DNA of 64,000 bases from Lingula anatina (Eukaryota > Animalia > Brachiopoda), in NCBI GenBank assembly GCA_051362555.1, contig CM120648.1, forward strand, positions 17,108,587 to 17,172,586. The letters run 5' to 3'. Below are positions 39,901 through 51,400 of this stretch, piece after piece. The notes under the pieces are model-generated. The model was not told where the DNA came from, ran no database searches, and saw only the letters and a list, made by a program, of their open reading frames with translations. Made by a program: the position numbers and the translations under genes. Within the stretch, counting starts at the first letter, position 1; each line of letters begins with the position of its first letter.

Positions 39901-40297
39901 TATTCTTACTTCGGATAAAACTTAAATTTGAAATTAGATTTAAATTATGTACTCCATTATTCAAAACGGTTGTGATACATGTTCGGCACTAAAACAAGTG
40001 CGTATAAACTCTTTCTCCAGAACAGGAGTGATTCAAACATATCTTCTTAAATTTTCCTTTAATTTATGGTTTCAAATTTATAAAATTTAATACAGATATA
40101 GTAACTTTGAAGCCAAAGAATGATGCGTTTTTATTTCTGCATTTTCACATATTTTCTGTTATTTTTTTCTGTTATTGTTTGTTTCTTTCCAGGTTCTCAT
40201 TTCTGGGCCCTGTGTCCCCTCGAAGAAGCGGGTTGTTGTGCTGCCTGGGTTCAGCATCCGGCTCGACTATGCTCCAATTCCAAGATTCTTTTTCTGA
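34871..40297 (+). CDS. Putative secreted protein ~297 aa with a C-terminal transcobalamin-C/DUF4430-like domain; exons 34871-35206, 36938-37108, 39428-39709, 40193-40297
   Basis: Four open exons, all phase 0, with good splice sites: GATAAG|gtacgt; ataag|GATCAT..CCTCTG|gtgagt; ccccag|GCACGT..AAAGAG|gtaata; ctttccag|GTTCTC..TGA. Exon 3 is GC3-rich. The N-terminus MWYHNANKHLIVFHLILNCGKLTHG is weakly signal-like. The domain call is pattern recognition only. Confidence 0.68.
36685..36832. repeat. ~30-bp tandem repeat x5
   Basis: ccccaacagcgtcccatgacccacttcttct. Confidence 0.85.
37689..37947 (+). mobile_element. Family P MITE in intron 2 of the plus-strand gene
   Basis: taa|gactggg...tggtccc|tta. 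Confidence 0.82.
38790..39410. mobile_element. Cluster of 3-4 adjacent hairpin MITEs (family Q); other copies at ~50530-50690, ~60520-61047, ~63380-63530
   Basis: Recurrent atccgc.ga..aaatatggccgacccact and its reverse complement. Confidence 0.72.
39428..39709 (+). CDS. Exon 3 of the putative secreted protein (ARVTVSVDGSQVFG...SAYDALLQAK...CYIVKQVGDV...FQWSLTV)
   Basis: 282-nt open phase 0-0 exon with strong codon bias inside AT-rich DNA. Confidence 0.75.
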
Positions 40298-40894
40298 ACG
40301 TTATCTGAAATATTCTAGATATTGCGAAAGCGACTCCGCAAAATTAACATATTGTTAGTCATGAAGTCGCACTTCAGTAATTCAGCTATTTTAGTCGGAT
40401 ATACAGTAAGTTTTTAAGACCTTTTTTTGGGGGCGCCGCCAGATATTTGAAATCTAGGTGCTCAGGACGCTATGCCTCTGGTCCAAATTTACCTCAGGTG
40501 ACGTACCAATCTTTCCTTCGCTACCCAAGATCAAAGTGACCAGCCTCTCGGCAAACACGGAGCGTTAACATAACGTTACCATAACGTTATTTGGTTATAT
40601 AAACGTTATGGAAACGTTAAAATAACGTTATGTGCTGGGTGGCCTGCCTGTCAAGCCGCCGTTACCACAGCTTTTGATAATAGTCTGTGAACGGTCTGGG
40701 ACGAGGCTTGGAGAGGAGCTTGGAGCACCCTGTTCATCACACGCCACCCTCGAAGATGTCCGAAATAATTAAGCCATGTTGGTTAGATACTGGCGGCCAA
40801 CTACATGTAGCTGAGAGCACTTAATCAAATAAATAAATAAAGGAAGGAAGAAGCATTGACCAGCGTGCTTTTCTTGAAATTCCGTACATGTGTA

Positions 40895-41133
40895 GGGGAG
40901 ACCGGGGCTAGTTGGACCCCGGGGTAAGTTGGTCCCCCCATCAAGTCTCTTCAATAAAGTTACTTTAAGATGCTAAATTATTTCATTTGGACTCACTGCC
41001 GACGCTTTCTTCGCACTATTGGATACGGTCACTTTACAAAATGATGTGATCAACTATCTTACCCCATAGTTACTTTGTCATAAATTGATGGGGGGCCAAC
41101 ATACCCCGGGGTACAACTAGCCCCGGTCTCCCC
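40895..41133. mobile_element. Short MITE with the same GGGGAGACCGGGG TIRs
   Basis: ta|ggggagaccggggctagttg...caactagccccggtctcccc|ta. Confidence 0.88.
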
Positions 41134-41711
41134 TACATTGTCCTTGTGTTACCGCACACAGGGCGGGTGGTGGCTTATTTAAGAATATTTGGGCAATCGA
41201 CTAAAAAAAAAAAAAGAAAACGGAAATCGCACGGCGCGTTCAAGCGCTCGCCTAGCGGCACGCCTTTTATTATTTGAATGTATATTAACAAGCTGAACAA
41301 TAAAATGAATTTTTCTGAACCCAACCTCTTTTTTTAAGGCAAATTCACAAAGACTTGAAAACCAAGACACCAAACGAAAGATTTATAAAATGTTTTGTAA
41401 ATATTTTCAGTTTTGTTACGTGGTGCAGTCGCCCGGATTACTGGGGCACAGACAACGTCTTGCAATCCAAACACTTTGGACATTGCGCGAGAAATAAATA
41501 CTTCATATAAGATAAAAACAAATTTATTTCTGCACATAAGTGAAAGCAACGGGACAATTGCAAAAGACATAACACTAAACATGTGTTTGTGTGTAATAAC
41601 TTTATACAGACTGTCTCTAGGAGTATTCTGCAGAAACTCTATTGTGTTTATTTAATTACACAATTACTACGTGTGTGAAGTGTGGTAAAAGTCAAGTCTC
41701 CAATTTTTATA

Positions 41712-42302
41712 ATTATCCCCGCACTTTTGGGACAAAAGTCGGGGATCATTTAATCCCGCCCGTCCGTGCGTCCGTGCGTCTGTGCGTCCGTGCGTCTGTG
41801 CGTCCGTGTGTTAGTAATTTCCGCTATCTCCTCCTAGACTATTGCTGGTAGGAAGTTGAAACTTTGGGAATTGGAAGACCCATCTTCAGAGATGTGCATG
41901 GGCACATTGGAATTTTAGTACAACAGGTTGTCGGGCTGTTCCTGGAGGGTGGTTGATTCAAAATTCTTATTACATTGTAATTTCTGCTATTTCCTCCTAC
42001 ATCGTTAGAGATAGGAAATTGAAACTATGGGAATTGGAGGATCCATGATCAGGGATGTGCATGGGCATTTTGAATTTTAGTGCCACAGGGGGTTGGGCTG
42101 TCCCGGGGGGTGGTTGATTCTAAATTCTTATAACATTGTAATTCCCACTATCTCCTCTTAGACCATTAAAGCTAGGAAACTGAAACATTAGGAATTGGTA
42201 GACCCATGATCAGGGATGTGCATGGGCTCTTTTGAATTTTAGTGCCACAAGGGGTTGAGCTGTCCCCGGGGGGTGGTTGATCCTAAATTCTTTTCACATT
42301 GT
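41712..42302 (+). mobile_element. Helentron-associated (HINE/DINE-like) element with ~162-bp central tandem repeats x3
   Basis: 5' hairpin atccccgcacttttg..caaaagtcggggat, then a (cgtccgtg)n microsatellite, then repeat units starting at 41814, 41977 and 42138. Confidence 0.72.
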
Positions 42303-42327
42303 ATATATATATTTTGTTTCTGTTTGC

Positions 42328-42366
42328 GCCCCTGACGAGGCCTCCGGGCCGAAACGCGTGTCGGGC
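42328..42366 (+). ncRNA. Minimal type I hammerhead ribozyme of the Penelope-like retroelement kind
   Basis: GCCC CUGACGA GGCC-UCCG-GGCC GAAA C-GCGU-G UC GGGC: complete catalytic core, stem I GCCC/GGGC, stem II 4 bp, 1-bp stem III with palindrome ACGCGU; predicted cleavage after C42362. Confidence 0.85.
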
Positions 42367-42444
42367 TTTTTAAATTCTAAATTAAATGGAGAGAAAAGAC
42401 TAATTTGTTCCTTGTCTTTCTATCTATCTATCTATCTATCTATC

Positions 42445-42476
<32 letters not shown>

Positions 42477-42656
42477 CATTACGTATATGAATTTCTCTTC
42501 TTGAGTAATTGTATTGATTTCAATTTGTAACATTTGCAAAGTCATATAACACTGTGTACATGCATTTCTCTATAAAATAGTCGAACATCAGTTTTTACAT
42601 GTACCACAACTTCTATCTGGTCCCTGCAATAAAAACGTATTCTGGCACGAAGCTGG

Positions 42657-42823
42657 TGTGAGAGGAATGGTAGTCCTCGGACTGGAAGTCCGGACTCCCA
42701 TAATGATTTAAACAGGTTAGAGTTAGTCGGAATATCGGGATTTTAGTGTATGGGACGAATGTCAGCTATACAAAGTAATGGGGAACGGACTACGGTTCCT
42801 AGCGGGATATCATTCCTGTCACA
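42657..42823. mobile_element. Short Ginger1-like MITE
   Basis: ctgg|tgtgag...gtcaca|ctgt; reverse orientation of the 10170 family. Confidence 0.65.
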
Positions 42824-43181
42824 CTGTTTTTATTCTCATACTTATTTTCCAGTCTGTATACGTGATGATTGTACTCCACATCTAAACTTTATACAGCGCT
42901 GAGTTCATACCTTCCTAGCCATACCAAGGCATCCATTACCCAAAGCTGTTTCTAAGTACTTGAGACATTTTCTACTATCAATGCGAGGTTGGTGGTAAAA
43001 TAAAACTCGACGAGTTACACACGTGATTAAGACAAGAGAGATAAAATAAAACAAGTTAAATCTTTTTAAAAATAACAAAGTTGCGTAATCTGGCTTTGCC
43101 AACATTAGACAGGAGGCAGTTACGCCCCCCCCCCCACCTCCCCCCCCCCCTTTCTGTCCATATCAAAGAAGATAATGACTC

Positions 43182-43679
43182 CTATGGCCTAATCCATATA
43201 GCTTTTCCTCTGGCGTTCTCCTCGTCTGTCCGTAGAGCTGCCCGAACAGTGAAAGATTGTATCTTGCACGCCACCATGGACAACACTTGAATAATGCCCA
43301 CAGTGACAAAAACACCACATGTCCACGTGAACACCTCTGAGCCGCCTGTCTTCTTAGTCACCACTGCCGCTATTAACCACGTGATGTTAATTGCCATGAC
43401 AACCGGTAACAGGATGTTACGTAATTTACCCAAGTCTTTGCCAATCTCGTCCCCACTCAATCCGAACTCGGTTGCGGTCCCAATAACTGTGTTGCGTAAT
43501 GTTTCCCAGAATTCCGTTTCGTTATCGGACAACTGCTTTAAATATTGTACATGACAAGAGCACGTGACCTCGAGTTCTTCTTTCAAGTCAACTTTTTCTT
43601 CATTTTTGGTGTCCCAGTCGATCTTTTCTGACTCGGGGCGGTTTAATGGACAGATGGTGGGGACATCTCGCGGCCGGTT
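43182..43679 (-). CDS. CHS: CHS terminal exon (ETEFWETLRN, coiled-coil-like LGKLRN, 2 TM)
   Basis: ttttag|AAC, in frame with ORF 43182..43586. Confidence 0.82.
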   Translation of the reverse strand, partial: NRPRDVPTICPLNRPESEKIDWDTKNEEKVDLKEELEVTCSCHVQYLKQLSDNETEFWETLRNTVIGTATEFGLSGDEIGKDLGKLRNILLPVVMAINITWLIAAVVTKKTGGSEVFTWTCGVFVTVGIIQVLSMVACKIQSFTVRAALRTDEENARGKAIWIRP

Positions 43680-44015
43680 CTAAAACGAAATAAAGATAAA
43701 TGACTAATTACTGAAACTGCATGCGTTCCACTAATGGTATTACGCGAAAAATCGCGAAAGTCAGGAGAATATATATAAAATATCAAGGCTTTGACCACAG
43801 CTATCACATCAAATATTATTCGTTGAATTGAAATGCTCTCATTCCAAAAAGCGCCAAGTTAATCAATATTTCATCATCAGTGTACAAACCAGTGGTTAAA
43901 TGGACGATTGGTTTTAGTTTTTAACACTAAAAATGATGGTTTCAATAACGTAACAATACCATTATTATTATTATCACTGTTATTATAACACACTGTAATA
44001 ACACAGCATAGCAAG

Positions 44016-44071
<56 letters not shown>

Positions 44072-47000
44072 GATGATGATGATGATGAACCTCCCACCTG
44101 TTCTCTCGTACCCCAACTTTGGTCGGCCATGTTGCAATACATGTAAATCGGCAGCAGTATCTGCAAGGCCGGAAGAAGACTAAAATGAGGAATGGCTCGC
44201 AGTATGACGGACCAATGGCCCGGGTGCAACAATACCGAAAACAGGAACGGACTCAGAAAGATAAGGATGTTGAACCAATGAACTGGCATCTGTCCTTCTT
44301 GCGGTGTTTTGTTGTGATTTCTCATAATTTGGTCCACTTGTCGCCATGTTTTGTTGATGTTTTGCCCAGTGCTGTTGTCATTCTGCCCACTTTGATAATC
44401 AGCTAAAATACAACATAAACATACCTTTAGCAGTTTAATGTTGACAAGGAAGAGAAAAATCCATAATGACATTAAGCACTAAAATTTAAGATTATGCAAA
44501 TGATACGAACAAATTTTCCAAAGATAATTATTTTCAGTCCTTTTTGACAAAGTTTACACTGTCAGATCATTAAATACTTAACATGCATCTGATACATGGG
44601 GAGTTACATAACATTGACTTTTATGTAATTTCGCGCTTTTGAAATTAGAAGCATGTGGACATGAACGTGCAGCGCGTGCAGCTGCTCGTGAATATATTTA
44701 AAGTGATTGCTTGGCCAAGAGTGCACAAAAATATGCTCACTTGCAAAACTCCCGCCATGAATATCGAAGGCCATTTCCACGGCGAGACACACAAACATGA
44801 GCGAGATGAAGACTACAAGGAATGTGGTGGCCCGAATCTGTACAGAGCACCTGTGTCTTGTCAACAAACACAACACAGCATATCCAGTACACATCGTCAT
44901 CACACCTATCACACCAACTGTCACGTCTATCCCCTGAGCATTTAGACCAAGAGCCATTTGGAACATGAAAAACGCTGGAGAAACGATTCGCATCAGTAGC
45001 AGTGTGAGTGAATAGGCAAAAAAGAAGACATTGAAGTTGGAGTTGGCATCCGCCAGCGTCAGGTATCTTGCAATAGACAACACAGTGTTACTTAAGATGG
45101 AGAGGTCCCAGCGCTTTCTTTGAGCGAAGAACTCGTCGTTCGACTCCGGACAGAAGGTTTTGTTGGTGGAGGTTTCATTGTAGCCCACTTCCCAGCCTTT
45201 GCTCATCATTAGAAGAGACATCCAGCGGTCTTCACCTGAAAACAAGAAAAATAAATCATAAAATTAAAGACCAATTATGCCTCTCATAATTTTTGTTATA
45301 ATACAGAATAAATAAATATCCGGGAGCACTCATCAGTATAAATAACCATAACCAAAGCTGTTTTGGGGATCGTGTTATCCGAACTTGTTTTCGAGCTGTA
45401 TAATTACATTTGTTCTGTTTCTACTACAATCCGACTGTTCCCTCCATTAATTTTGTTCACCTTTTTAATTAAAAATTTAAAAAAATATCCGTTTCTGACA
45501 AAAAGCAAAACTAATGAATCATTCACAAACCCATGTCCTTCAATAAGCTTTCATAGCCGGAAGTGACGTGTGAGCTGTATTCATCGATGACGTCATGGAG
45601 TGCTGCCGCCCTGTAGAGTGACAGACAGCCAGGAGCGCAGAGTACAGAACCCAGTGTATACTCCGTCGATTTTCCCCACCAGTGAGCTACAAAATTAAAG
45701 TACACGTACTGATTTACAAAGCCTTATATCCACTATGTGTAACCCAAAACTTGTGCAGTAAGACTGGGTTCCCATGCCTAGATCATTCCATCTGGATCAA
45801 TCTACAGGGTTACCACTTAATATGGAATATTATTTTTTGGCAAGTAAAATTTCTACAAAATATTTAATTTCTCTCTAACTACTTTAAATCCAAAGCTGAG
45901 GTGTCACTCCATGTGTAGCCAGGTGTGTTACCTAATTAACACACAATTCTCGAAACAATTGATGCATGCAGTTGCATGTTCTGTGGTCAGAAATGTGAGG
46001 TGTGGTCTTTTCGGCAATTTCTACCCTTGTATAAAAACGCATGGGTTTGGTCAATCTTTGGAGTGTGTTTAGAGAAGCAACAAAGGGATCGCTCTGAAAC
46101 TTGGCAGGTACCTTAGTGAAGATATGGTTCGACAGCTAAGCAACGCAGCTTACTATGGGATTCTTGCTCTCAGAGAAAATGGCCAGAAACGGACAGCCAT
46201 TGCCAGGTAATTCAACAATTATAAGGAACCGTTTGTGAAGTCCTCCAAATTAATGTTGCAACAGGGGCACCTACTCCAATACCTCGACCAGGGTGTCCGC
46301 GTATCACACCAAGAAGACAGGATCGCCTTCTCCTTAGAGGACGCCGTGCTGGTCGTACAAAGACAACCAGTGTCCTCAGAAAAGAGAGGCAGAATGTCAT
46401 TCAAACTCCCGTTTCAAGGTCCCACGTGAACAAGATATTTCTGCGAGCCGGTTATTTTGCGCGAAGGCCAGTAGGGAAACTACTGTTAACAGCAGGTCAT
46501 ATACAGCGACGTCTGCAATGGGCTGGGGACCACGTGCGTTTGCAGCCAAAACACTGGAATCACATCGTTTTCAGTGATGAGGCCAGAAATGGATTTTTTA
46601 GGGTTGATCGTCGAATCCGTGTCCACCGACGTGTACGAGGGGCATAAAACAATGATTGTGTACTGCCTAGGGTGCAAGCAGGGGATGGTAACGTCTCTGT
46701 TTGGAGAGCATTTCATGTCGGTGCCCAGAACCAGTTGGTTTTTCTAGGAGGCAACCTCATCCAGGATTCCTACAGAGACATTCTACAGCAAACAATGCTT
46801 CGATTGGTAAGAGTCATCTTCAGGAACAACTTTGTGTACCAAGACCACTGCGCAACCCCACATCGAGGCCGCAGAATCACTGTTTTTCTTCAAAACCAAT
46901 GGGTTCAGCAACTGCCCTGGCCTGCAAACTCTCCAGATATGAACCCAATTGAAAATCTGTGGGCGGAAGTAACTCACAGAATTAATAGCTATGGTCCTCG

Positions 47001-48413
47001 GCCGGTAAATAGTGATGAACTGCGATAGGCAAATATCACTGCGTAGAATGATATCCCCACCCAAACTCTAAAAAACGTGTCACAGGGTATGCCATGTAGG
47101 ATGAGGGCGCTGCAAGCGGCTGCTGGAGGTCATACCCGCAATTACTGACTTTTCATGATTTACTGTAGTGAGTTCTTTGACTGTGTAACATATCACTGTC
47201 CGGAGGCTATCATTTTCTTTAATATCTTATCTTAAAGTTTATACTGACATCAAACTGTTGATATGGTTTTCTGGGGGTGTTCCTTTCTTTTGAATGGCAT
47301 CTTATGTCAGATTTGATATTATTGACCAAAATATCTCACAACAGAAGACTGGATGTTATTATCACTCAGTGACATAATTTTTTTAATGACTCAAGCCAAA
47401 AAATCTTTAATCAGCACTCAAAAATAACAATGATAAAAAATATTCCATATTAAGTAGCAACCCTGTATGTTCTGGGGAATCTTACTAAATTGGTATCTAC
47501 TTAACCGGTTTAGATGTCTGTCACGCCTAGTAAAGCTGTTAGCGGGTAATTATCTTTACCCCCTAGCTGATTCGGTAGGCGAGACAAACATTTAAACCGG
47601 TTAAGTTGATAGCAATTTAGTCAGATTCCCCAGGGAATGAGACCGATGCAAATATCTGTGGGAATTCTGGTCCCTACAAGTGAACGTCCTTGTTTTTAAA
47701 GCCTTATATCCACTATGGGAAAGCAGAAACAAGTGCAAGTATGTAAAAGTAAACGTCCTGATTTTGTACAACCTCTGTTATACTAATACTCCCTGTGCAT
47801 AGGCAAAAAAACAGTCCCAAGTACTGCTTAAATTTGTAAAATGTTACCGTTCCAAATTCAATTCATTCATTCCACGTGAAATTGTTAAGCGCTGTCATGG
47901 GCGTCCGCAGGGGGGTCAGTCGGGTCACTTGACCCCTCCCCCCCCCTGGAATTTTGGCGGGCACGTTAATTGCTGGCACTCAGCCAATACTTATCTCCCC
48001 CCTCCAATGACTTTGACCCCCCCTCCCCTGGAAAATTTTCTGCGGACGCCCATGGGCGCTGTATATTTACTTTCATAATTATCCGCCTGGATAAGAAATT
48101 CATACACCTTCTTGGCAGTCTATGAAAATATTATTTTGCAAAGAAGCAGAATTAATTGTTCCAAAATGTGGGCTATTCCCCCTTATCAGTCAGGTGTCTC
48201 CCAAACAACCGTTAGACAACTTACAAGATAGAAAATAATACAATTTAAGTGTCATGATGGAGACATAAAATAAAATAATAATCGATTTGACCCTAAAATT
48301 AAAAAAACAACTTACTTGTTATTAGTTTTATCGGCGGTTTTACTCAGCAGTTTTACTTTTACTTACTTTACTTAAGGGAATTTAAGTGGTGTTTTCCAGG
48401 ATATTCAAGACAT

Positions 48414-48452
<39 letters not shown>

Positions 48453-51400
48453 TTTTGGTGTACTATATCGATACGCCTTGCATTGTCCTAATGATTAATT
48501 GTTCTTCTACTTTCGCAGAAAAATAAACAAAAATCACTTTTGTCATTATAATAATAATAATAATAATTATTATTATTATTATTATTATTATTTATTAACT
48601 TACCAAAGGCGTATTCAAACTGCTGGAACCACACCAGTGCACTGGCCGTGTGTCCTATAGGTTGAGTTAAGCCGCAGATAGCTCCTAGACGCCGGTTTAG
48701 GTGACACGACCACAGCAAGGCCCGGATGTCTTCAGCTGTAAACTCCATGTCAGCGTCCGTGACTAACACGTAGCCAGTCGGCTCTTTTACGTCCATCGTA
48801 TCACCCTGGTTCTTCTGGTCACTACTGCCATTGACAGAAGCTCCAATAATTCTGTACCTAAGGACATAATTGAAGTACATGATTTGGCTCCATCGCTTTT
48901 TGTTTCGAATTTTCCTTGAATCTTTCAGGTGTACGAATAACATGCTGGAACTGCTTCTACTTCCGTCCAACCGCCACCTGACCTGTACGCCGTAAGGAGT
49001 AGGAGACACGCGGATATCGCTGCTATCAAGAGAAAAATACGTCTGAATCAACTGAATCAACTGAGACGCATACGGCCTTAAGTGACCGTCGCGTGCACCG
49101 TCGTCCATGACGAGGTGTGTTTCCACTTTGACGTCACTTAAAATATCATCAAGAAGGATGCATTTCAGACTGCATAGATACTTGCTGATTTCTTCCACAG
49201 TTTCCTGATACATTGTAGTGCACACATATAATGGCTCCGTGGAGTCTTCTGCACCTTGCATAAAACTGACATTCCCTTGTTCGAGACTCAAATTAAGAAA
49301 TATGAACTGTTCTAGGAATAGAAAGTTGACAGATGGCGACCGGAAGATCTTCTCGATAGGAAGTAAAAACGTGGCGTTTGCTCTGTGGGTAAGTGACCGG
49401 TGTGAGCAAGTGATAAACCAGACAAGGACGCCGACAAAAATAATCACGATTTCTATTTTCTCGGTCAAATAGTACTTTGCCTTTTGCTGATGGTTGTTGA
49501 CAATAAGGTAGCCAATGAAGAAGCACATCAGAATCACGTGCGACGCATTAAAAACCTGATGTTCCAAGCAGAGTTTAGCGCTTGTTGAGAATAATAGAAA
49601 TGTTGAAGCTGCCACTAAAATCAAAACTGAAACAGTTGTAATGATTTCAACATCCACATAACTGAAATCTATATATCCTGTGCCAACAGTCACACGGCGA
49701 TAAACCAGAAGAACACAAAGCTTTGTAAAACTCTCTAATAACACTGTCATCTTCTGGTGTTCCTCTTTTTCCTTAATCATTTCCGGAGTTCCACTTTGGG
49801 ATTTAGACTGCCGTAGATTCCAAAGTAAAGCAACCACACACTTCCCGAATACAAACAGCATAAACTGATCCCAGGTCAAAGAGGCCACCGTTGCCATGAC
49901 AACTGCCAGTGACACCGCTCCAAAGCAACGAAAGCCAAAATAAACCCAGGAGGACTCTGAAAAGGCAATATAACGGTCACGTATGCTATAAAACCACGAT
50001 TTTGGTTTAGAGTTTAAGTCTCCCGAACGAATATCAGCTACGTTTCCATTTCTGTCCAAAAAATCAAATGCAGATTTCGAGTTGTATTCTGGATCTGGCT
50101 TTTTTGACTGGAAGCCAGGGATGGGACCCGGAAGAAGAAGAAGGATATGTGGCGCCAGGAAGAGGACAGATACTGGCAGGTTGGGTAAAACGTTGGCGAC
50201 GAGCAGCAGCTGGGAGAGCATTTCAAACACGGCGTAAAGCACAATCTGGAAAATACGTGAAACATACTGCTTTTTTAAATAAACATAAAAAAGTTATAAT
50301 AATAATAATAATTCAATCCAATTTTGAGTTCTAAATATTTTATGTTTTTTAAGCTTATGAATCACTCGAATACAGAAATGAAGACACGACAATTTCACTC
50401 GAGTCAGTAAGAATAATTATGAATAGTAGGCAAAGACGGGTTAATAGGCCGTTATTGCTGAAATTTCCGACAGTATTTCTGTTATAATTCAAATCCAGGG
50501 CGCATAAAGGTGACAATTTAGCTCAAAGAGCGCATTCAGAAGAGCGGACTAACAGGTCCGCGGATCAAATATGGCCGACCCACTTGAATACTTGTTGCGT
50601 AATCCCCACGGGGAATCTTTTCAGTGTCTTAGCGAGAATTAAGCTTTCAGTCGGTCACCGTATTTGATCCGAGGATCTGTTAGTCCACTGCGCTAAAAGT
50701 AGTCCCATAGTTTGGCCGATGGTAAGGAAATAGGCCCTACTTTACTGAAATATAAAAAAAAATCTACAAAGTCTATTACACAAAACTCTTTCAAAAGCCA
50801 CAATTACACAAAACTCTTTCAAAAGTCACATTTACACAAAACTCTTTGAAAAACCACACATTATACCATTGTTATTTCCAGCCCACTGGGCGTGTTCAGG
50901 GCGTGTCTATCCAGTCGCCACATCCCAATGAGAAATGTGATGGCCTCTGTCACGAAAAACACACCTTCGCATACTGCCGTTCTGGAAAACAGAGAAACAA
51001 CATCTTATAATGATTCACATCCCCTGAAAAAAATTGTCTCATTTAAAGCTCGCTCAAGGTTCTCAATCTGTCCTAGAACATAATGTTTTTTCTGTTTTAA
51101 TGAAAAATGTTCTTAATCTGTTCTAGTGCATTCTGAAGGCCTTTCCAAAAACAGTTAAATGAGACGAATCTTCGCAGGGGATGTATCATCATATGCATGT
51201 GACGTATATTAAACAAAACACATACATGTAACAAATGTACAATGATAAAAATAGCAAAATTCTGAAGACTGTGCATCATGGGTACAAAAATCTGGCGTCA
51301 TAATTACAACCCCACAATTTCAATGCTTCTGTAACCAAGTCCAAACTAAGTTGTATATCAAACTATGTTGAATACACTGTTTACCTTGATGAATCTGGTA

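Larger units (their letters stand above)
45762..47674 (+). mobile_element. Palindromic MITE (family P) split by the Tc1 insertion
   Basis: Left part gactgggttcccatgcctagatc at 45762-45804; the remainder resumes at 47466 and ends ...ggtccc at 47674. Confidence 0.8.
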
